Assembly: GCA_040751795.1 (NCBI GenBank) | Contig: JBFMHR010000001.1 | Span: 1 to 64,000 of the forward strand | Length of the DNA: 64,000 nucleotides | Direction of reading: 5' to 3' | Origin: Thermoplasmatota archaeon | GTDB taxonomy: Archaea; Thermoplasmatota; Thermoplasmata; UBA10834 | Shown here: positions 39,848-47,739 of the stretch, piece by piece | How the letters are laid out: every line of letters begins with the position of its first letter | Numbering within the stretch: the first letter of the stretch is position 1 | Program-made: the position numbers and the translations under genes | Notes under the pieces: generated by a model | What the model was told of the DNA's origin: nothing | The model's database searches: none | What the model saw: only the letters and a program-made list of their open reading frames with translations

Positions 39848-40912
39848 CTATTTCTTGGTGATGGATAGCCTGCGGTTCATCTGCAGGGTGCCTATTTCAT
39901 TCCTGATGCGCTTCTCGGCCAGTCGAAGATAGTCGCTGTCAATCTCGAAGCCTACGCTATTCCTGCCAGTCTTCATTGCCGCGAGATTGGTTGTCCCTGT
40001 CCCCGTGAACGGATCGAGGACGGTGTCTCCCGCGAAACTGAACATGCGTATGAGCCTCAGAGGTATCTCAAGAGGAAACGGAGCCGGGTGTTTTGCAGTG
40101 CTCTCCCCCGGAACATCCGCCCATATCTGCTGGAACCAAACTCTATGTTTGTCAGCAGGGACTATGCTCAGCAATCGAGTCTTGGTATCAGGCTTGCGAT
40201 ACGATCCCGGCTTCCTCTCCATAAGTATGAATTCAACATCATTCTTCACCACACCCCCGGGCTCGTAGGGCTTACCGAGGAAGCCTGCCCCATTCCCTTC
40301 AGCCTCGAAGGCTGCATTCGCAATCTTGTACCAGAATATCGGAGCTAGATTGTCAAAACCTAGCTTCCTGCAGTGGCCTTGAATGTCGGCATGCAGTGGG
40401 AAAACTTGGTGTCGCCCATGCTTCCTGCGGCTCAGGCAGACGTCGCCGACGACAATAATCAACCTCCCGCCTTCCACGAGGACTCTGTGGCATTCTGCCC
40501 ACACCTTGTCGAGTTCCTTCAAGAAGTCCTCGTAATCGGTAACATAGCCAAGTTGTCCCTCGGTTATGTTGTACTTCTTCAGAGTCCAGTATGGGGGGGA
40601 GGTTACTACTAGGTGTACAGACTCATCCTCTACGCCTTTCAGATTCCTAGCATCGCCTTGAATAAGCCTATGTTCGGTCGGCAGACTAGCTATCTCCTCT
40701 TCAACGGCGGACAGGAAGGCAGAATCCTTACTCGCCTTAGGTATGAACATATCTGCCTGCCTGGGAGTCATGCTAGATGGCAGATTGAAAGACTTGGACA
40801 GTTCGTCCACAGACATTTCGATGGACCAATTGCCAGAGCACGTACTTGAACTGTTCGCAGAGGTCTCCGGAAATGCTCCTTTGCCTAGTAATAGCCCGGA
40901 GTCATGCGCCAT
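39848..40912 (-). CDS. Site-specific DNA methyltransferase, beta class (SPPY, probably N4-C)
   Basis: VTSPPYW, HPAPFP, VLDPFTGTGTT. Confidence 0.93.
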   Translation of the reverse strand: MAHDSGLLLGKGAFPETSANSSSTCSGNWSIEMSVDELSKSFNLPSSMTPRQADMFIPKASKDSAFLSAVEEEIASLPTEHRLIQGDARNLKGVEDESVHLVVTSPPYWTLKKYNITEGQLGYVTDYEDFLKELDKVWAECHRVLVEGGRLIIVVGDVCLSRRKHGRHQVFPLHADIQGHCRKLGFDNLAPIFWYKIANAAFEAEGNGAGFLGKPYEPGGVVKNDVEFILMERKPGSYRKPDTKTRLLSIVPADKHRVWFQQIWADVPGESTAKHPAPFPLEIPLRLIRMFSFAGDTVLDPFTGTGTTNLAAMKTGRNSVGFEIDSDYLRLAEKRIRNEIGTLQMNRRLSITKK

Positions 40913-42039
40913 GACGTGCTACCCTCCTTCATAGAACGGTGTTCGACAAGGGAGACGAGCCTTTCGAGCTTCTCATCAGAAATCTCCCCATTAAGGTACT
41001 TCAGGAGGATCATATCTCTGATGCGGTCTGATCTCTCAGGCCCCTCATCTATCGACTCGGCACCGAATCCTGCGTCCTCCTCGGGCAGGGCTCTCTGAGA
41101 CACGCTTGCGGACTCACCACCAAATGCCCTGTCATACGCTTGTCTCCTGCTCTTTTCACTCAAATGCGTGTATCTCTGCACATCGTCCAGACTCTTATGC
41201 CTTGACTGAGCCTGAATGAAGGATGCAGACAGCCCGCTCTCGGCCATATGTGTGATCATGCTGTGCCTGAAGATGTGGGGATGGACGTTCTTCTCGATTC
41301 CTGCTCGAAATGCCGTCTTCTTCACCATCATCCAGAGATTCCTCCTTGTCATTGGCCTCCTGCCCTCTGTGAGGAATACATAGTCTTCGTACCCGCTCTC
41401 TGGCGCTGGCCTACCCGCTTTAAGGTATCTTGCTACGGCTTGGACGGCCTCATCTGAGAGATTGACGAAGGAGTAATCCTTCCCCTTTCCCGCATGTACT
41501 CTGAGGCGCTTCTTGTCGAGATCAAGATTGGCGACCCTCACGCCGATGGCTTCACTAGCCCTTAGCCCACCATAGTACATCAAGCAGATGAGGGCATAAT
41601 CTCTCAACGAGGTGTCTCTCTCGGCCTGGAACCCATTCTCCCCGATCTTCGACCTCTTCGCTTCGTCAAGCACCCGCCTGACTTCTTCCTCTGTCAGAGG
41701 AACCTTCTCCTTCTCAACCTGCTTCGGGAGTTTCATCCTAAGGTCATGGCGCTCGATAACCTGCGATGTATAGCAGTTTACGGCTGCAAGCATGCTACAC
41801 ATGGTATTCTCACAGTATTTCTCTGCCAGGTGAGCCTTCCATGCCTGCATGTCGGCCTTCTGAAGCTCTAGAACGGGCTTTCCGATGAATTCTAGGCACA
41901 ATCTCAGACTCCGAGTGTACGAGGTCGCAGTAGCCTCTGTACGCTTCTCTGCCCTCAGAAATGCCTCGAATCGTTCAACCTGCTCCTGAACCTGCTGCTC
42001 AGTGTTCACACACCCTAGAGACTGCTCTCTCGTACTCAA
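40885..42039 (-). CDS. Tyrosine recombinase/integrase
   Basis: GLRASE (R), GKGK (K), HPHIFRHS (HxxR), RHKSLDDVQRYTH (H, Y). Confidence 0.95.
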   Translation of the reverse strand: MSTREQSLGCVNTEQQVQEQVERFEAFLRAEKRTEATATSYTRSLRLCLEFIGKPVLELQKADMQAWKAHLAEKYCENTMCSMLAAVNCYTSQVIERHDLRMKLPKQVEKEKVPLTEEEVRRVLDEAKRSKIGENGFQAERDTSLRDYALICLMYYGGLRASEAIGVRVANLDLDKKRLRVHAGKGKDYSFVNLSDEAVQAVARYLKAGRPAPESGYEDYVFLTEGRRPMTRRNLWMMVKKTAFRAGIEKNVHPHIFRHSMITHMAESGLSASFIQAQSRHKSLDDVQRYTHLSEKSRRQAYDRAFGGESASVSQRALPEEDAGFGAESIDEGPERSDRIRDMILLKYLNGEISDEKLERLVSLVEHRSMKEGSTSWRMTPGYY

Positions 42040-42141
42040 GCTGCTTCACCGAGCCTGAGAATGCAGTCCCTGACAATAAAGGTTTTCGAGGCAGGCAGGC
42101 AAAGCTCCCAAAAGCCCTTTGGTGAAGCAGCTATTGAGTAC
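42032..42141 (-). promoter_or_regulatory. Inverted repeat covering the integrase SD/start and enclosing a BRE-TATA promoter
   Basis: GTACTCAAGCTGCTTCACC (42032-42050) vs GGTGAAGCAGCTATTGAGTAC (42121-42141); minus-strand CGAAAACCTTTATTG at 42088-42074. Confidence 0.65.
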
Positions 42142-42202
42142 AATACCTGCCTGCTATCCCGACGAGGCACCAAAGAGGAACAGGGTTGATATATGTTCCG
42201 AA

Positions 42203-42466
42203 TCAGGTGTCATCGCCCCCCTTCCCCTGGAACTTGCCCTCGATAGCCATTCGGACATGCCTTGCAGACAATCGGGCTTTACGCCTCTCCCCCAATTGAG
42301 CTCTAAGGAAGTTCTCCCTATCATGGATCGAAGACGCTCTGACAGCGATGGAGATTGCCTCATTCTCGAGGTGAGATTTGAGAGTTTCAACGGCCGCGCG
42401 CTCAATCTTCCGTTCTGGAGCCTTCTGTCCCAAGAGCATCCGGACGGACCGGAGGGAGATGGTCAT
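42203..42466 (-). CDS. Putative histone-fold protein
   Basis: ISLRSVRMLL / ERKIERAAVETLKSHLENEAISIAVRA / RKARLSARHVRMAI fit the alpha1-L1-alpha2-L2-alpha3 pattern. Confidence 0.62.
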   Translation of the reverse strand: MTISLRSVRMLLGQKAPERKIERAAVETLKSHLENEAISIAVRASSIHDRENFLRAQLGERRKARLSARHVRMAIEGKFQGKGGDDT

Positions 42467-42753
42467 GAGCCCTCCTGCTGTTCAGCATCCAGTTGCGACT
42501 CCCGATTCTCGATCTTTGGGAGGAACCTCTCAAACTCCTTCCCTTTGCGCCACCGCCACTGCGTCTGTTCGTTTATCAACCCTCGAACCCGGGAAAGCCT
42601 GTAGTATGAATCTGCGGTTCGCCGATCAATGCCCAACCCCGCATCAACAACCACCTCTTGCCAGTCATTTCGACCATAGTAACGACTGTCATCACAGCAG
42701 AGGTGGATTGTCTTCGCAAGGGCCTCCAGTTTCTTGGCTTCATTTTTGACCAT
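42463..42753 (-). CDS. Small winged-helix-like protein
   Basis: GIDRRTADSYYRLSRVRGLI helix-wing pattern; ATGA overlap with the next gene. Confidence 0.55.
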   Translation of the reverse strand: MVKNEAKKLEALAKTIHLCCDDSRYYGRNDWQEVVVDAGLGIDRRTADSYYRLSRVRGLINEQTQWRWRKGKEFERFLPKIENRESQLDAEQQEGS

Positions 42754-42776
42754 AGGCCACCCCCGCCGCATGCTTA

Positions 42777-42902
42777 TGTGTGTGTGAGTGTGCAACTAAG
42801 AGAGAAGGACCTCTCTCAAGACAATACATATTATACGACATCACAGATAGAAATCTGTTCAGAGAAGGGATTCTCTCTAGGGCGTGCACACACTCACACA
42901 CA
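42777..42902. repeat. Long imperfect palindrome with AT-rich core
   Basis: TGTGTGTGAGTGTGCA...AGAGAGAA / TTCTCTCT...TGCACACACTCACACACA. Confidence 0.7.
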
Positions 42903-42982
42903 ATCCTGATAACACCCCTAGGAGCCCTTCCATTGTCTCCGATCCTGACTTCCTTCGAGTACATCCCATCCCTCCTAGTGTA

Positions 42983-43354
42983 TCACTTCGTCGTCTTGAC
43001 CTCCCGAAACAATCTCGCTGGGAGCTGGTCAATTGGGTCAACCGTTATGCTAGGAAACTCAGAAATCACCGACTCCCTGCTTATCAATGGCTCATGTTGC
43101 TCCTTATACCAGCAACTCTCGCAGAGTCCTCGGTGGGCAAGGGCAATCAATTGGGAAGGTCCTCTTTGGCCTGATGGGAGTCTTGGGGTCTTGTCAGTAC
43201 CTGCTAATGTAAACCCCGCTCGTTCTCTCGCCAGAAGCTCAAGAACCACAAATCTGAGGAGACCTGATAGACTCTCATACCCTCGAGAGGCCTGTATTTG
43301 CCCGAGCGCTGCTGCATCTTCATCGTCTAGTCTGAAAGAGATAGACCTACTCAC
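42983..43354 (-). CDS. Ribbon-helix-helix protein
   Basis: SISFRLDDEDAAALGQI...SLSGLLRFVV; C-terminal CxxC. Confidence 0.72.
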   Translation of the reverse strand: MSRSISFRLDDEDAAALGQIQASRGYESLSGLLRFVVLELLARERAGFTLAGTDKTPRLPSGQRGPSQLIALAHRGLCESCWYKEQHEPLISRESVISEFPSITVDPIDQLPARLFREVKTTK

Positions 43355-43849
43355 CTGACTCCTTCCTGCCCTCAGCTCTACCCAGAGTCCTTCAGAGCCG
43401 CAGCAGGTTCAAGGAGGTTCAACATCGGAGGAGAGAATTCCGATAGACTCTAGGTTATCTGCCAAATCGACTACCGAGATTAAGGTCTTTTCGCTACCGG
43501 GGTTCTGCCGAGGATCTTCAAGACTCTGTATTGAAGAGTCTGTATTACGCGTGCATTCAAGCACGTATACGGAAATCTGCCGACAAATGCTCTTGCCGAC
43601 AATCGAAAAGGCCAGGATTATCGGCGGCGGACAGGGGATACCTTCAAAACCCTATGAAGAGAGAGAGAAGAGAGAGACATAGTCTCTCTCCACGAGCGTG
43701 CGAGGGCTGCCGAGGATTGACTTCCGACTTTCAGCTGGCAGTCGGAAGCAATCACGGTGATTCCGCCTGTCCATGGGCGAGACCTCATTCAAGCCAAATC
43801 ACGGGAAACAGAAAGAGAGATATGCGAAGACATCTGTACTCGGCAATGG

Positions 43850-44413
43850 ATGGAATCTGGGGGACCTGCGCCGAATCAGGACGATTGGCGCGAGTATCAG
43901 GCTCTTGAGGCGAGAATCCAGAATGATTCTAGGGTAGCATATGCGATTCTGGCAGCTTCATTGACTTCATCGTTAGCCTTAGCAGGTCTGCTACTGGTCT
44001 ATATCGATCCTGGGCAAGACCTAATCAGATTTCTGATCATCGCAGCCCTTGCACTCTTCATACTTAAATTCGGCACGGTGATTCAGAATCGATTCAACGA
44101 CACAGCAAGTATCAGAATCGCCAGGGCAGTGCAGCTGGAACGGAATCTGAGAATACACAGTTTCAGATCTTTTCCGCCCTGGTACGAATTTCCCGGAGGC
44201 GACTACTTCAAGATTCTTGGAGAATACGCCAGTAATTCCCGATCCGATGGCACTCCATCCTCTGATGCGTATTTCACATATTTGGGCCAAAGAGAATACG
44301 AACGTATAATCCGCGGATTGCGAATCCGTATTTACGTCTCATGGTTCGGATATGCAGTGATCTTAGCTCTGATTGCATCCGGAATTATTCTTGCTCTGGT
44401 GAACACTCAGTAG
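43850..44413 (+). CDS. Membrane protein (~3 TM), possible pore-type effector
   Basis: Two N-terminal TMs, then IARAVQLERNL, then a C-terminal TM. Confidence 0.62.
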   Translation: MESGGPAPNQDDWREYQALEARIQNDSRVAYAILAASLTSSLALAGLLLVYIDPGQDLIRFLIIAALALFILKFGTVIQNRFNDTASIRIARAVQLERNLRIHSFRSFPPWYEFPGGDYFKILGEYASNSRSDGTPSSDAYFTYLGQREYERIIRGLRIRIYVSWFGYAVILALIASGIILALVNTQ

Positions 44414-44526
44414 CAGTGACAAGAGAACCCGGCTGCGGAAACATGATAGGGATTAGTCGATGAAGGCTATAGGGGTAGAGGAAAGCCCTTAAGCCATCGC
44501 AAATGATTTGGATATTGGGAAAGGAA

Positions 44527-45051
44527 ATGGCAGATAAGTTCTTGGTTTTCGTCAGCCACTCCGCCAAAGATAAGCATCAACTCGAATTGATAAGAGGCGC
44601 AATCAGAGGGACTGGTGCGCGACCATATGTTGCCGAGGAGAATGTGACGCCAGGTGCGAAACTGTCAACAAAGATACGCAACAAGATTGAAGAATGTGAT
44701 GTATTCCTGCTAATCCTTACGGAGAACAGTGCAGCATCTGCCTATGTAAATCAAGAGATTGGATACGCGCTCGGCCTTGAGAAATTCGTGCTGCCTATAG
44801 TGATCGGGGATACTTGTCCCCAGAACCTCTGCTCCGATATTGAGTACATACGAATCGATCCGGAACGCCCTTCTTCATCTATTCGCACTGTCCGAGCAAT
44901 CATAAAAGCCAAGAAGAACGAAACTGAACTTGAGCAACTTGTCAAGATTGGCGCCCTCACCCTAGGGACCATAGCTTGGCTCAAGTACGGCCCTCAGATT
45001 AAGGAAACCGCATCTAGGTGGTGGCAGAATTTGAACAGACCATTACCATGA
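44527..45051 (+). CDS. TIR domain protein with hydrophobic C-terminal segment
   Basis: VFVSHSAKD, IEECDVFLLILT, SAYVNQEIGYA (catalytic E). Confidence 0.88.
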   Translation: MADKFLVFVSHSAKDKHQLELIRGAIRGTGARPYVAEENVTPGAKLSTKIRNKIEECDVFLLILTENSAASAYVNQEIGYALGLEKFVLPIVIGDTCPQNLCSDIEYIRIDPERPSSSIRTVRAIIKAKKNETELEQLVKIGALTLGTIAWLKYGPQIKETASRWWQNLNRPLP

Positions 45052-45116
45052 GAAGAAGCGATAGTGGCGAAGGGAAGCTCTTAAATCGTGCCTGGGGATT
45101 TCATAGGGTGATAGAC

Positions 45117-46292
45117 ATGAATGATTCCTCGACCCAAATGCTCATTCCTCTTCTCGCTGGAGGTGAAGATACCCTAGTCGAATTCAAATCTTTCCTTCCC
45201 AAGAACGAAGAAACTAAGCACAAAGTGGCCGAGGCCGCAACCGAGCTTGCCAACGCTGCAGCTCTTTGCGGGCATCCTAAGGCATTCCTGCTTCTCGGAG
45301 TCACAGATGATGGCAAGGTCGTTGGAGTGAAATGCCAAGAACGATACAAGAAGGAATTCAGAGAACTGATATCTGCCAAGTCTAATCCCCATGTGAGGGT
45401 TCTAGAGATTCATGAGATTGGAACCACGAGTCTATCGACCGACATCAAGTCTGAACCATGCGGCGAAGCAGTGTACGTCCTGGAAATTGCGCCTGCCTTG
45501 GATGGACCGATTCGATACTATAGGTCTAAAGATTCCAACGGAGTTCTATTGACAAGGGATGGCCCTCGAAAGCGGGACATGACCAACGAGGAATTGCGGC
45601 GGCTGTCCAGCGGGCCTGCCAGAACTCCGAAACTTTCACTCAGACTTCTGAACGATGAGGAACATGAAGTTGAATGCCTGGTCTTGAGACCGAAATTCTT
45701 GGTGAAGAAGAAGACCGAAGAGCCAAAGCCATACACTCCCACTCCTCAGCAGACAGCCTGGCTTGAGCAACTGAAGCGGCAGCCAAACATGCAACAGGTG
45801 ATGATACAGCAGGCATTGAGCACAAAAAGACTACTTGAGATGACAGAAACATGGAAGCCGTTTCTGACACAGGTTGAGAGAATCCCAGCTCCGAACACAT
45901 TTCCCACTCACTTCGCATTGTCGAATACCGGATCTGCACCAGCCGAGGATGTAAGGGTCACGATGAAGTTTCCTGAATGTTTTATGATTGAGGAGAAATC
46001 GGAGTATGAGCCACAGTCATATGGCATCCTTGCACATGTTCCATCAGTCACACCACCATTCAGCGGCGTATGGAAGAAAGACAGAGATGATCGGAATTGT
46101 GTGACTGCTGGCATTCGTGTCCAGAAACTAAGTAATGATGTCACAATTACTAGATTCGACCCAATTTTCGTGACTGTACCCAATGCCGAGAGAGAATACA
46201 GCATCGAAATCCGGATCACTGCCGACTATCAAGAACCTGTGCACCAGACTCTCACAATGATTATCAAGCCAATCATCGAAGAAGTCTCATAG
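45117..46292 (+). CDS. Schlafen/AlbA_2 domain protein with Ig-like C-terminus
   Basis: GEDTLVEFKS...LAN...LLLGVTDDGKVVG; C-terminal LSNTGSAPAEDVRVTMKFP. Confidence 0.8.
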   Translation: MNDSSTQMLIPLLAGGEDTLVEFKSFLPKNEETKHKVAEAATELANAAALCGHPKAFLLLGVTDDGKVVGVKCQERYKKEFRELISAKSNPHVRVLEIHEIGTTSLSTDIKSEPCGEAVYVLEIAPALDGPIRYYRSKDSNGVLLTRDGPRKRDMTNEELRRLSSGPARTPKLSLRLLNDEEHEVECLVLRPKFLVKKKTEEPKPYTPTPQQTAWLEQLKRQPNMQQVMIQQALSTKRLLEMTETWKPFLTQVERIPAPNTFPTHFALSNTGSAPAEDVRVTMKFPECFMIEEKSEYEPQSYGILAHVPSVTPPFSGVWKKDRDDRNCVTAGIRVQKLSNDVTITRFDPIFVTVPNAEREYSIEIRITADYQEPVHQTLTMIIKPIIEEVS

Positions 46293-46308
46293 GGGCGGAA
46301 GGGCATCC

Positions 46309-46992
46309 ATGAAAAGGATGAATGGACTTACAAGAAGGACGACAATCAACTACATTGAGATCGAGGTCTTGAGTGAGCGGCTATTTGACGAGGATACTCT
46401 CAAATCCTTTGCCCGTATTGCAGCTCAAATTGCCTCGAATGCAGGGACTGAAGAGGGGCGGCCGAGCAGTCGGTTCTGCATCGAATCCGTCAGAGAACCC
46501 ATCGCATTGATTGATGACATCATTGGAGGAGTCGGCATCAACCAGCTACTTGTTCCAACCGCTGATACCTACACGGGCCACTACCCAGTGAACGAAAGGC
46601 AGATTCACAGACCACTCCAGTATGCCCTCGTTGACCTGCTCACGAGCATCAGGTCGAGAGATACAATCCGGTATGGTTGCCAACACATCGAGGGCATCTT
46701 GAAGACCATGTTTGAGAATGAAATCCACGGAATTCATCGCAAACCTCTAGGACAAATCGTCAAAGACCTGAAGAAAAGGAGCATCCTGGGGAATGATCTT
46801 ATTCAACAACTTGAGAACCTCGTCACTATCATGAACATTGCCAAGCATGAACATGGCAATGATGCCATTAGAATACCAGACCCATTGCGCACAGTAGAAT
46901 CTCAAGTCTTCAACACCCACGAAGCAATCTCAATGTACTTCATATGCAGGAAGCTCGGAGTACTACTCCTAGCTGAATCTAGCACACCGTAA
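46309..46992 (+). CDS. HEPN/DUF4145-like protein with degenerate motif
   Basis: HIEGILK...PLGQIVKDL...MNIAKH. Confidence 0.55.
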   Translation: MKRMNGLTRRTTINYIEIEVLSERLFDEDTLKSFARIAAQIASNAGTEEGRPSSRFCIESVREPIALIDDIIGGVGINQLLVPTADTYTGHYPVNERQIHRPLQYALVDLLTSIRSRDTIRYGCQHIEGILKTMFENEIHGIHRKPLGQIVKDLKKRSILGNDLIQQLENLVTIMNIAKHEHGNDAIRIPDPLRTVESQVFNTHEAISMYFICRKLGVLLLAESSTP

Positions 46993-47069
46993 CGCTGATT
47001 TGCATCATTGAACGCAGAATATCAGCGTCTGCATGTATGTGCTCGATATGATCCAGACTGCAGGGTTTC

Positions 47070-47095
47070 AAAGGGGCTTATGTCCTTCACCTGGC
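47070..47095 (+). repeat. Right att direct repeat (copy of the rnpB 3' end)
   Basis: AAAGGGGCTTATGTCCTTCACCTGGC identical to 35790-35815. Confidence 0.93.
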
Positions 47096-47241
47096 ACTTG
47101 CGCCCAGTGGAACCGGGGCAACACATACAGCTCTACGTTCCCAGCCCGTTACTCCGCGTTCCTCGTCATTCTTGACGGAGTATCACCCTGTCCGCCGAAA
47201 GGCTATTGAAGGACGCACTCATCCTAACATCGGTGTCTGCA

Positions 47242-47595
47242 ATGGGTGAAGATGTGCTTATCGTGCTGAACGATGCGCCTTACGGAACGGAGAAGGCCTA
47301 CAACGGACTGCGACTGGCCATAGCCTTGCAGGCGAGACAAAGCAACGTCCGGCTGTTCCTCATGGCGGACGCCGTCTCCGCAGGCATCCCGAACCAGGAG
47401 ACCCCGCCGGGGTACTACAACGTCAGCGAGATGCTCGGAAGGGTCCTCGCGAAGGGCGGGAAGGTGGCGGCCTGCGGGAGCTGCATGAAGGCGAGGGGGC
47501 TCAGGGTGGAAGGGCTCATCAAGGGCATCGAGCAGGGCTCGATGGCCCTGCTCTGCGAATGGACGCAGGAGTGCGGTAAGATCCACTCCTTCTGA
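47242..47595 (+). CDS. DsrE/YchN family protein
   Basis: NDAPYGTEKAYNGLRLA, FLMADAV, ACGSCMKARG. Confidence 0.88.
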   Translation: MGEDVLIVLNDAPYGTEKAYNGLRLAIALQARQSNVRLFLMADAVSAGIPNQETPPGYYNVSEMLGRVLAKGGKVAACGSCMKARGLRVEGLIKGIEQGSMALLCEWTQECGKIHSF

Positions 47596-47739
47596 CAGGC
47601 GGATACAGACTCGTTCCGGATCCATGTCGCCCGCGAGGTCCCTGCGATTCCGGAAGCATGGTGACACTCCCTCTGCTCATGGTCGAACCACGGAAAAGGC
47701 TTAATGAGGCCCCGCCTTTACAAGAGCAGGTGGTAGGAA

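Larger units (their letters stand above)
35790..47095. mobile_element. Integrative element / defence island inserted at the 3' end of rnpB (~11.3 kb)
   Basis: 26-bp direct repeats, internal tyrosine integrase, visibly lower GC and different codon usage between the repeats. Confidence 0.92.
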
